Origin: a virus
Length of the DNA: 64,000 bases
Strand: one strand, 5' to 3'
IMG/VR virus record: IMGVR_UViG_3300044712_000991
Coordinates: 96,001-160,000 of that record
The position numbers were made by a program, and so were the translations under genes. A model generated the notes under the pieces. It made no database searches, was not told where the DNA came from, and saw only the letters and a program-made list of their open reading frames with translations. Below, piece by piece: positions 31,324 through 39,822 of this stretch. The stretch's first letter is position 1, and every line of letters starts with the position of its first letter.

Positions 31324-31396
31324 AGCCACCGGAGGGACTTGAACCCCCGACCCGCGCATTACAGGTGCGCCGCTCTACCAACTGAGCTACAGTGGC
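31324..31396 (-). tRNA. trnT: tRNA-Thr(UGU), atypical C33
   Basis: GCCACTG/CGGTGGC acceptor; anticodon arm GCGCA-CC-TGT-AA-TGCGC. Confidence 0.9.
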
Positions 31397-31401
31397 TAGA
31401 A

Positions 31402-31705
31402 TCACAAGAGGCACCGGTGGTGGAACAGTCCAATAAAGGGGTAGATGGTACTTGAAACCATCGTCGTGTTACTGGCTTGCGCCCTGCTCCTCGGTTTTTG
31501 CCGAGGACTCCTCGGAGCCCGTATGCACTACACGCATCCACCGTTCGTGGCTACCGGCCTCTTGTGCTTGAAATACACCCAGGGCTGTGGCGGGATTTCA
31601 CTCGCAACTCCACACCCTGCCTAGCCATTCGGCCACCTCCCTTCGTACGACCGGGAGCGGGGGATTCGAACCCACCATACTAAGTGTGTCTGTTATCTTT
31701 GTTCC
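31402..31705 (-). ncRNA. Unclassified structured RNA with tRNA-like D-arm and T-loop modules
   Basis: No plausible ORF; 10-bp long-range helix CACAAGAGGC/GCCTCTTGTG, multiple hairpins and three T-loop-like motifs; lies between two tRNAs. Confidence 0.6.
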
Positions 31706-31760
31706 GCTCCTCATCTCGTACCCGAATGGTACGCGAGGTTACGTCTAACCCCACAGCATG

Positions 31761-31837
31761 TGGTCGGAGCGACACGACTTGAACGTGCGGCCACTCGCTC
31801 CCAAAGCGAGTGCTCTACCGGGCTGAGCTACGCTCCG
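31761..31837 (-). tRNA. trnP: tRNA-Pro(UGG)
   Basis: CGGAGCG/CGCTCCG acceptor, CTCGC-TT-TGG-GA-GCGAG anticodon arm, encoded CCA. Confidence 0.95.
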
Positions 31838-32065
31838 AATACACTTTACCACGTTGTCCACATGTGTCGCAACAACTCTATCAGTTTACCAAAACAGTAA
31901 GCAGTCGCAAGAACGATTGCAATCTGCACCCACGGAGACAACTGCATCATGTGATCCATACTTACACCCCTTCATCTTTTGCGCATTCGTCGCCACTGCC
32001 ATTCACCGTACAACTCCGCCAACCCCCAACCTACTATAACCCCGATGAGGGCAACCACACCTGGG

Positions 32066-32661
32066 TCAGTCAGCCACTGCCACATCGTTGTCCTCCTTTA
32101 CGATGGGCGTACGGAGCTTGGGCAGCACAGGCATCGATCCATCAAGGACGAACCTCCGGAGAACACGGACATCGAACTGCAAGGTCGGGTTGTACACCCG
32201 AGCAACGGGCTCCCCACAGTCAATGGAGTGCCCTGAGATGAAGCACGTCTGATTCAACTGACAGGCGTGCCAGCGAGTCTGAACTTCCTGAAGGGTCATG
32301 CCCTGCATAACGGTTCTCCTTGATGAGTGCGAACGGGGTTGAGGATTTTGATGTACTTGGCGGTGTACCACAGACCACCCTGTGAGACTGGGCGCACGTG
32401 TTCCACCACATTGCCTCTAAAGGCCACGCGGAACCACATACGACCCTTGGTACTCAGGTGGGGAACTCGGGGGGCGGCCGTGATATGCCAACCAGGACGT
32501 ACGGCGAACCCCTTGGTGGGGTGCACCCCCGATATGTACTCCCCTCCCACCACAAGACGAGCACGGCGATTGATGAACAACGAGCCGAGCGAGCCATCTC
32601 GACGGACACGAAACAACTTGTATCCCACACGATGGCGAGGTTGAGCAGTGGCGGTCTTCAT
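32066..32661 (-). CDS. Two hypothetical ORFs (32066-~32309, 32296-32661)
   Basis: Overlapping ORFs downstream of the promoter at 32669. Confidence 0.5.
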
Positions 32662-32668
32662 GGAGGAC

Positions 32669-32697
32669 AATATACAAACTTCTTACGAAAAAGTCAA
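32669..32697 (-). promoter_or_regulatory. sigma70-type early promoter (probably leaderless transcript)
   Basis: TTGACT-17 bp-TATATT; ATG 7 nt downstream. Confidence 0.8.
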
Positions 32698-32712
32698 ATC
32701 CCCACCCACTCC

Positions 32713-33354
32713 TTAGGGAGCCACATCCGAACTGCTCGGTACCCAGACTCCCGCGATCGCGACCAACATGTTCACGATACCCGAGGTATCTGAGTGGCTA
32801 CCAACACCGAGCCCCGCAGCGTATCCGGTGGCGTACCCCTTCTCGTAGTCCGTGGGGACTGGTGGGTCTACGGGAGGCGGATCGACTGGCGGTGGGTCTA
32901 CGGGAGGCGTAACTACCACCGCTTCCTCCAAGACCACATCGTCCACATGCAGAACATCAGATGGTTGGGTACCACCCGCGAAGGCAAACCGCAGACGAGC
33001 ATTCGTGGTCGTACCCACTCCTACGAACTCGAACTGCGAAGCGGTGATCGATGGACCGATAGTCACAAGCATATCGAGCCCTAGAGGAGTGTACGGACTA
33101 GCGTGCTCGTGGACTACCACATTGATCGCCCTCGGAAGTCCTTCGGTTTTGGCCTTAAAGGACAGCCTGTATTTTTTACCGGCCTCGATACGCAGACCGT
33201 ACTGATACAACTGTACGTTCGATCCCGTACCCTTACCGATACGAATAACCGCCTGACCGTTCTCGATCTTGCAGGTGTTGTTGGGGTTGTCGGAGTAGAA
33301 TGACCAACTGGTCAGACCACCATCGAACTGGGGATTCAAGATTTCATTTGCCAC
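32713..33354 (-). CDS. CBM4/9-type carbohydrate-binding protein with Pro-rich linker and GxxxG tail
   Basis: ILNPQFDGG..W, QLYQ, KKYRLSFKAK and ARLRF..DDVVL motifs of CBM_4_9; (VDPPP)n linker. Confidence 0.75.
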   Translation of the reverse strand: MANEILNPQFDGGLTSWSFYSDNPNNTCKIENGQAVIRIGKGTGSNVQLYQYGLRIEAGKKYRLSFKAKTEGLPRAINVVVHEHASPYTPLGLDMLVTIGPSITASQFEFVGVGTTTNARLRFAFAGGTQPSDVLHVDDVVLEEAVVVTPPVDPPPVDPPPVDPPVPTDYEKGYATGYAAGLGVGSHSDTSGIVNMLVAIAGVWVPSSSDVAP

Positions 33355-33403
33355 GTGCGACCTCCATTGATTATGAACTTGTGTACCTCTTGGCGCTTAG
33401 CGC

Positions 33404-36145
33404 TTAGCGTGGACGGGAGACCATCCACGGATGTTTTGCATTCGGTTGCCACAGGGCTTCAATAGTCCGCAGGAGACCCGCGATGTCCGTGGCCGAACTC
33501 TGCCCTGTAGCAAGACCAGCGGCGTACCCTGCTGCATAGCCGAGGTCGTAGTCTGATGTCGGCGGAGGCACAACGACCTCCGCTAGTACCACATCATCGA
33601 TGTGTATCACATCTCCGACCTGGACTGATGGTGCAAACCAGAACCGCAGGCGTGCATCCGCGTGAGAAGCAAGACCCGTGAAGTCCAACGTGAACGTCTG
33701 GGGGCTTGTGGTGAACGTGACCGTCTGATCCAATCCCAACCCCGAGTAGGGTGTGCCGTTCATATGCACCAGAACCTGCACCGTACGGCTCGTGTTGGCA
33801 TAACCGACGAAGGTCAGCCTGTAATCGGTGTCGAGTACGATGGCGAACTCCGCCTGATTGAGCTGGATGTTCGTACCAGATGAGCCACCAACGTCCATGA
33901 CGAACTCACCCCCCGTGACATCCCCCGTGACAGCCGCATCATCGGAGAAGAAAGACCACGCGGTCATACCATCGGAGAAATCTCCGTTGCGGAGAATGTT
34001 CGCGCTCGTATTCTGGTCGTTCACCGTAAGCACCGCGTTCGAGCTTGTGGTCGTACCCACGGAGTTCGTGACAGCGCACTTGATGGTCGCCCCGTTGTCC
34101 CCGATGACCGTGGTGAACGAGTACGTGCTAGCAGTCTCGCCACCCTGGAGAGTGTTGTTCTTGTACCACTGATACGTAACAGCCAGGGAACTCGTCACGC
34201 TCACCGAGAACGATGCTGTGGCACCTTTGACAACCGTGAGCGTCGTTGGAGATATGGTGACCACGGGTGGCTGCGGATTCGTATCCAACTCCAACATCGC
34301 ACCCACATTCGGCTGTGTTCCCGTACGGAGAAGCGTGATGGGGATGTTGGAGGTAATGCCCGTGGTGCTCCTGTCAAGCACGAGCACCGTGGCGGCCTGC
34401 ACATCGGTCACCGTGTACGCCACGGGGTCATTGCCAACCAGAATCTGGTCGCCAGTGGTTATTCCGTACCCATCATGGAACATCTGTGCGTCCTCGACCG
34501 CGATGCTCGTACCCGTACCCTGGGCGGTCGTGCGCGTCATGTACGTACCGGCCGCAATCGTATCCGCACCAGCCTTCGGTCCGAAGTCGTACTGCGTGTG
34601 GGAACCCGTAGGATACTGCGTGACACTCACGAACTGATCCCACGGCACTTCCACACTGTGTGTATCGAACCCCGCGTGGGTCTTCCAGTTGTCCACCGTG
34701 AAATACGTAGCGAGACCATTGGCGGGATCGCATATACGAGCGCCATCGGCGTTGGCGTACATGTTATAGTCAATGTTGGGATTCGAAGAACTGAACCCCG
34801 GACTATTGATGGACACCTCACCGTGATGATGGTTGGCCACAAAGTTATTAATGAACACGAACCCATCATCGGAAGCCCCACCATCACCGTAGTGGACAAG
34901 GGCTTGGAACCCATCCCGCGATTCCGTCCCGTTGTACGAACTGTTCCACCCCGTGTAGTCCCTGTTGTTACCGATGAAGGTGTTGTTGTACACCTTGTAC
35001 TGGCGGTAGTAAGGTGCTATGATGGGTCCGATGGCACCGAGATTGTCGTACACGATGTTGTTGCGAATAATGATACGCGCAGAGTACTCATCCCCACCGC
35101 ATGTCACGAAGCCCTTACCACCACTTCTGTTCTGTGCGACCATCACCACCCAGTCGCCATTTTCATCCTTCCACTGCGCCCACGTCTGACTACCTGTTTT
35201 ATACTGCCCATCACGATAGTCGAGCACGATACCACCATCATCCTGCCCAGGATCGCCGTAGCAGACGTTGTCCTCGATCACCACATCACCAGCACCCTTG
35301 AGATCGATGCAGTTCTCTGCGATGTCCACGAAGATGTTCTGCCGAACAATCGTTCCACAGTTTCGTACCGCAGGATGCAGGTCGTAGTCTGGCTCAAACT
35401 GGATACCGTCCTCATTCCACGTCGGTCCAAGAACGTTCTGTTCGATGAGCGTCCCTTGTATGAGAGTACTAGCCGGAGAACCAATATCCAAACAACTGCT
35501 ACCATTGTCATGGATATAGTTGTTCCGAATAATGCAGTTGCGGGGAGCCGCGCCACTTAGCCATATTCCCAACCACATCCCGTGTATCTCGTTGTTCTCA
35601 AACAACGCACCGTTACCCTCGAACATGATGCCCGTTTGCCGATAGTCCGACATGTAGTTCGTACGCCCGCCACCAGTCTGGTAAATCTTGCAGTTCTTGA
35701 TGGTGATGTTCTGCGAATCGTGGTTTCCGATGTGTACGTGGCCGATGCGGTTACTACCATCCTGCGCCTGAAACGCTGCATCTTGTGACCACGCGTAGGA
35801 TAGGGATAGTCCATCAATTACGATGTTCGACTTTGCTGGAGCGGTGTATCCATGATTGGACCCATCATTCAAAATAGGATACCACCCGATGGCGACCACC
35901 GCTGGCTCGCTCAGCCCTCGCCCAGCAATAATGGCCTCCTCGGAGAGGTACCGCTTGTACGTGATAGGCAGGGCGACCGTACCACTTCTCTCGGGGGAAA
36001 TGAGGTCTTCGTATGTCCCCCCATGGATGTACACCGTATCCCCCGGCTGAAGGGTGGTGTTTGCTTTGGATATAGTTAGCCACGGTTGTGCCGCAGTACC
36101 TGGGGCACTATCTGATCCAGTGGTGGTAATGTGATACTCTGCCAT
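33404..36145 (-). CDS. Right-handed beta-helix (DUF1565/PL9-like) + Ig-like + CBM4/9 protein (913 aa)
   Basis: YHITTTGSDSAPGTAAQPWLTISKA..LQPGDTVYIHGGTY N terminus, PbH1-like repeats, YQWYKN..YKCAVTN-type Ig domain, C-terminal CBM4. Confidence 0.8.
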   Translation of the reverse strand: MAEYHITTTGSDSAPGTAAQPWLTISKANTTLQPGDTVYIHGGTYEDLISPERSGTVALPITYKRYLSEEAIIAGRGLSEPAVVAIGWYPILNDGSNHGYTAPAKSNIVIDGLSLSYAWSQDAAFQAQDGSNRIGHVHIGNHDSQNITIKNCKIYQTGGGRTNYMSDYRQTGIMFEGNGALFENNEIHGMWLGIWLSGAAPRNCIIRNNYIHDNGSSCLDIGSPASTLIQGTLIEQNVLGPTWNEDGIQFEPDYDLHPAVRNCGTIVRQNIFVDIAENCIDLKGAGDVVIEDNVCYGDPGQDDGGIVLDYRDGQYKTGSQTWAQWKDENGDWVVMVAQNRSGGKGFVTCGGDEYSARIIIRNNIVYDNLGAIGPIIAPYYRQYKVYNNTFIGNNRDYTGWNSSYNGTESRDGFQALVHYGDGGASDDGFVFINNFVANHHHGEVSINSPGFSSSNPNIDYNMYANADGARICDPANGLATYFTVDNWKTHAGFDTHSVEVPWDQFVSVTQYPTGSHTQYDFGPKAGADTIAAGTYMTRTTAQGTGTSIAVEDAQMFHDGYGITTGDQILVGNDPVAYTVTDVQAATVLVLDRSTTGITSNIPITLLRTGTQPNVGAMLELDTNPQPPVVTISPTTLTVVKGATASFSVSVTSSLAVTYQWYKNNTLQGGETASTYSFTTVIGDNGATIKCAVTNSVGTTTSSNAVLTVNDQNTSANILRNGDFSDGMTAWSFFSDDAAVTGDVTGGEFVMDVGGSSGTNIQLNQAEFAIVLDTDYRLTFVGYANTSRTVQVLVHMNGTPYSGLGLDQTVTFTTSPQTFTLDFTGLASHADARLRFWFAPSVQVGDVIHIDDVVLAEVVVPPPTSDYDLGYAAGYAAGLATGQSSATDIAGLLRTIEALWQPNAKHPWMVSRPR

Positions 36146-36158
36146 ACGTCCTCCAGTA

Positions 36159-36178
36159 TTCTATAGCCAAAACATAGG
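36159..36178 (-). promoter_or_regulatory. Conserved 20-mer CCTATGTTTTGGCTATAGAA (candidate late promoter/operator)
   Basis: 18/20 identical to the copy at 36969-36988; both lie just upstream of an RBS. Confidence 0.5.
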
Positions 36179-36289
36179 GAGAAAACATGTGAATTTGCAG
36201 GGGGTAGAGGAGTGTAAAAACAGTACCCGGGTCTCTAGCGAACGCCTAGCGACCCAGGTACGCACTGCGGTTGTACGGAGGTTGGTGGC

Positions 36290-36604
36290 TTACGCCTGTT
36301 CGGTTGGCTCTGCGGTCGCGATACTGAGCGAAACTGCTTGCCCGCCTACGATGTCCACTTCGAGCACACCCGTCAGAGGCACAATGCCCTCTCCGAGATC
36401 GGCGTCCGCCGTGACCACGACCTGCGCATGACCAAGGGGTCCTTTGGCAATGATGGTCGCTGAGAGCCCATCTGCCTCGGGCACGACTGTCAGAAGCGCA
36501 TCATCCCCTGCCCATACGGGTGCGCCATCGACGCGTGCGGGATTGCCCTTCTTGTCCACGGGCTGGATGCTTGCAACTACCTGCTGTGTGGCGGTGATAA
36601 CCAT
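36290..36604 (-). CDS. Small Ig-like/beta-sandwich protein (104 aa; possible extension to ATG 36742)
   Basis: QPVDKKGNPARVDG..W..DGLSA..TADADLGEG motif; AAAGGA RBS. Confidence 0.6.
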   Translation of the reverse strand: MVITATQQVVASIQPVDKKGNPARVDGAPVWAGDDALLTVVPEADGLSATIIAKGPLGHAQVVVTADADLGEGIVPLTGVLEVDIVGGQAVSLSIATAEPTEQA

Positions 36605-36765
36605 GGTGTATCCTTTCAGATGTAGGTTGATGTGTGGGTAAAACACTATGAACTGCAACTGTACTGCCCGACGCTTCGAGCGCCGTTTGTGAAACGATAT
36701 TCCCTGAAACCAGTACCACAGTATGAACAAAAATCGTCTCATTTCGTTCCCCTCGATTGTGTGCG

Positions 36766-36954
36766 TTACCCACCTACCGTAATCCGGTGGAGGTCGAAGT
36801 TGAAGAACAACGTCAACAGCCATACCACAATAGCGATGATGGCGACAGCGTTCAAGATTTTCTTGATCTGCACGTCCATCGGAATGTAGTTGTTGACTAA
36901 CCACAAGACAACACCTACAACAACGAGAGTTAATAGTACGGTAATCAATGGCAT
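36766..36954 (-). CDS. Thivi_2564-family small membrane protein
   Basis: MPLITVLLTLVVVGVVLWLVNNYIPM..IKKILNAV two-helix pattern. Confidence 0.75.
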   Translation of the reverse strand: MPLITVLLTLVVVGVVLWLVNNYIPMDVQIKKILNAVAIIAIVVWLLTLFFNFDLHRITVGG

Positions 36955-36968
36955 TCAAGCCTCCTGTG

Positions 36969-36988
36969 TTCTATACCCAATACATAGG
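36969..36988 (-). promoter_or_regulatory. Conserved 20-mer CCTATGTATTGGGTATAGAA
   Basis: Second copy of the 36159-36178 motif. Confidence 0.5.
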
Positions 36989-37057
36989 TTACAAGAGGTT
37001 GTTTTGTTAGACACGAGTAGGATGAAAAAGGATTGAGATGAGGGATGAGAAAAAGAC

Positions 37058-37277
37058 GGACACGGTATCCAAGTTTCTGACCCTCTGCGGGTACTCGGAT
37101 GTGCACCTTACGGAGAAAATCTCAGCCGTTATGGGTATCGGTCTCGGGGAGGAGACTGTCCCTCCGCACAGAAGGCGGTCAGGCCACCCAACGCTAGTAC
37201 ATCTCTATGGTCACTGAGATCAGACTACACACGGGGCACCTCGTGTTCTGCACGTTGGTCGCACCCACACCGTGTCC
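37058..37277 (-). ncRNA. Promoter-driven rod-like ncRNA candidate (~220 nt)
   Basis: 9-bp terminal helix GGACACGGT/ACCGTGTCC, nested internal helices, starts at the predicted TSS and is followed by a U-run. Confidence 0.55.
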
Positions 37278-37287
37278 TAAGGCCTAC

Positions 37288-37316
37288 AATATACAACATT
37301 CTTTTGTGAAAGTCAA
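37288..37316 (-). promoter_or_regulatory. sigma70-type early promoter
   Basis: TTGACT-17 bp-TATATT. Confidence 0.8.
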
Positions 37317-37323
37317 GTTCTAG

Positions 37324-37920
37324 CTACTGCCAGAGCACAGGTCTCACGGAAAAGTCCTGGAAGTCCGCGAAGATGTTCTTCCGCAGGAGAATCCGACCGA
37401 ACGCCTCGGTCTCCCACACCGCACCGTTCAGAGCGTGGTGCGGCCGGTACTCCGAGGGGAGCCCCAAACGCTCGTAAATCATTCCCGAACTCAGTACCCC
37501 TGGATAGAACTTCCCGTGTGTATGGAAGTAGTCCGTTTGAGCCACGGAGTGCAGATCGATCGTGTGGTAGGGGAACGGGAAGTCCTTCATGGACATCCCC
37601 ACCCGCTTTGTCTCCTCCTTGAGGAACGTCAGGTCGAACTCGGGGTTCTGTCCCGCGAGCACCACGGGCACCCCCAGGGACTTCACCCACGCGTAGAACT
37701 CGGTGAGCAACGTCGGGATGTCCTTCGGGAGCGCCGCGAGTTGCTCCCGAGTGTACCCGTTGACATCCAACGCCGAGTCCTCGATGTCCACCTCGGGCGA
37801 AGGGCGTGCCTCTCCGTAGAAGTACTGCTCAGCGTTGTGCCAGTTGATGGCTCCGATGCTGATGATACCGTTCGTCTGAGGGCGTACACCTGTGGTCTCC
37901 ACATCTACGACAATCATCAT
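37324..37920 (-). CDS. DEDDh 3'-5' exonuclease (DnaQ-like)
   Basis: ExoI VDVETTG, ExoII QNPEFD, ExoIII HHAL. Confidence 0.85.
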   Translation of the reverse strand: MMIVVDVETTGVRPQTNGIISIGAINWHNAEQYFYGEARPSPEVDIEDSALDVNGYTREQLAALPKDIPTLLTEFYAWVKSLGVPVVLAGQNPEFDLTFLKEETKRVGMSMKDFPFPYHTIDLHSVAQTDYFHTHGKFYPGVLSSGMIYERLGLPSEYRPHHALNGAVWETEAFGRILLRKNIFADFQDFSVRPVLWQ

Positions 37921-37928
37921 CAGACCTT

Positions 37929-38162
37929 TCAGTTTGGTAGTGCAAACGGCTTGCTTCCAGCGGGTTCAGGATCGGGAGTGTATTCCTGTTGTATGAACTT
38001 CACCCGATGAGCGGAGATGGCGAGCCCGAACGAAATGCCATCACCTACCTGAAAGGGCGTTAGTAGGTACGCAACGGGTGTTATGGCGTATGTTTCCTTC
38101 TGCTCGTATGTTTCGGACGAGTTGTCCATGAATGTGAACTTAATCTTGAACATCCCCATCAT
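37929..38162 (-). CDS. Hypothetical protein (77 aa)
   Basis: ORF between the exonuclease and the PD-(D/E)XK gene. Confidence 0.5.
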   Translation of the reverse strand: MMGMFKIKFTFMDNSSETYEQKETYAITPVAYLLTPFQVGDGISFGLAISAHRVKFIQQEYTPDPEPAGSKPFALPN

Positions 38163-38829
38163 CCTCCGTTAGTTCTTGCTCTTCCACATCTCGTACACCT
38201 AGCACAGCCTTCTTCTTCGTCTGATACTTGTACGACCAGACTGCCGTGCCATCTCCGTGAGGGACGAACATCCCTATCCGCCGGAGAGCGGAGATGAGGA
38301 GCTTATTCTCCGCCGACAGGTTGTGCGCGGGGAACGCTATGGCTTGTTTGACCTTCCTGGGAAACGCGTGCCCCTCCGTGTACTCCAAGAGCCCCCACCG
38401 TTCGGGGAGTTCATCGGGCTTCAGGAGACCCGTGGGGGCGAGGAAGTACCGCAGGGAGCCCATGCCGAACTCGGGGTGGCGGCGGAAGTGCTTCTGCGCA
38501 TCAACGAGGAAGTCCGTACGACTCGCCTTGCACTCGATGAGGATACTCCCCCTAGAGCTCCACCCGATACCATCCGCTTCCTCCCTCTGGGAGGCCATCT
38601 CGGAGATCACAACAGCACACCGACGTTCCAACCATGCCCTACCGATCGTCACGAGCTTAGCGTGTACCGTTCGGTCGCTCTGTGCGCGTTCCGCTGCGCG
38701 AGCAGCTTCTAGCCGTGCGAAAACTTCGCGATCAAGAACGGCATCATCTGTCACGGAGGAGGGCGCTCCACAGACCGTGGGCACGGGAGGAACGTGCTCG
38801 ATGTGCTGCTGCTGTTTTCTCCTACTCAT
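38140..38829 (-). CDS. PD-(D/E)XK nuclease-like protein (MmcB-like)
   Basis: EEADGIGW...IECKASRTDFL.D, followed by RYFLAP.GLL...ELP..WGLL. Confidence 0.65.
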   Translation of the reverse strand: MSRRKQQQHIEHVPPVPTVCGAPSSVTDDAVLDREVFARLEAARAAERAQSDRTVHAKLVTIGRAWLERRCAVVISEMASQREEADGIGWSSRGSILIECKASRTDFLVDAQKHFRRHPEFGMGSLRYFLAPTGLLKPDELPERWGLLEYTEGHAFPRKVKQAIAFPAHNLSAENKLLISALRRIGMFVPHGDGTAVWSYKYQTKKKAVLGVRDVEEQELTEDDGDVQD

Positions 38830-39736
38830 CGTCAGCGTGTTCCAGGATGAGGATAACGGTCGCCACATTCTGTGTGACCATCTGCGTGATACGCCACCCA
38901 CGACTTATCATGTTCTCCACCTCGACCCACGACATATGTGGTTTGAAGGTGCCCGAAGGATCGTACGCCTTGTTGTACTCCGCCATTGTGTGGTAGAAGT
39001 CGTCAGGGCCATTCGGACCGATTATGTGTGGAAACACAATCATCTGTCGGTATTGCATGCGGTCATCCCTTCTTCGGCTGTGCGGGAGCACCGCTCGCAA
39101 GCAGGGCTTCCTGGACGAAACTCACCTTGTCCAACGCCGGGGCGTGACGGTCGTACACAGCGACCATCTTGCGCATACCCTTCACGGCCTCTTCGAGTTC
39201 AGCGGCGGTCGCCTTGTGCGCATCTCCCACCGCCTGGGTCTCCTTGTCGATCAGTTCGCCGTACTTCCGCCGGATGGTCGCGACCTTGTCCTGGGCGTCC
39301 TTGTACGAGGCTTCGATACGCTTCTCGAACTCATCAATCTGCTGTTCGAGCATCTGCTTCATTGTCATCAGGGTGTTCCTTTCTTGATTATGTGTGCGAG
39401 TTTACGATTTGCCTTCTGCTCGGCACGGAGGTCGCGCTCGACCTTGTCCGCGAGTTCCGTGTGGAGCTCTTTGAGGATCAACTCTGCGTGGCGACGGATA
39501 CGGTCAGCGGCTACTCCTGCGTACGCATCCTTGAGAACGAGGCGCGGGACGAGCATCGCCTTCGTACACTTGAACATCGTATGACACTCCTCGCACCAAC
39601 AGTCTTCCCGGAAGCCCTCGGACTCCGTGGACAGACCGCTCACGCGGTACAGGGGCTCCCCGCATTTGGGGCACAACATCTCGCTATTGCTTGCCATGGG
39701 ATGTAGTCCTTTCGTGGTCAAAGATACGCAAATCAA
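38822..39736 (-). CDS. Three small hypothetical ORFs (38822-~39061, 39063-39368 coiled coil, 39368-~39697 CxxC Zn ribbon)
   Basis: Coupled ORFs. Confidence 0.5.
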
Positions 39737-39782
39737 AGAAGAAAAGCAAATCGCGCTGAGTAAAATTACTCAACGCATTGAG

Positions 39783-39810
39783 TAAAACAAATCGGGGGCT
39801 TGCGCCCCCG
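39783..39810 (-). terminator. Rho-independent terminator of the Cas7-like gene
   Basis: CGGGGGC-GCAA-GCCCCCG followed by ATTTGTTTT. Confidence 0.8.
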
Positions 39811-39822
39811 AAGAAATGATGA

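Noticed and set aside
31402-31705. Group I intron-containing tRNA or two-piece tmRNA
   Set aside because: No group I core elements were recognised, no complete anticodon arm reforms, and the permuted acceptor lacks G3.U70 and CCA. Kept only as an unclassified RNA.
32713-36954. Host-DNA contamination or chimeric join
   Set aside because: The bacterial-looking genes keep the same strand, are flanked by phage-type promoters, and share a motif with the structural operon leader. Read coverage would be needed to exclude this fully.
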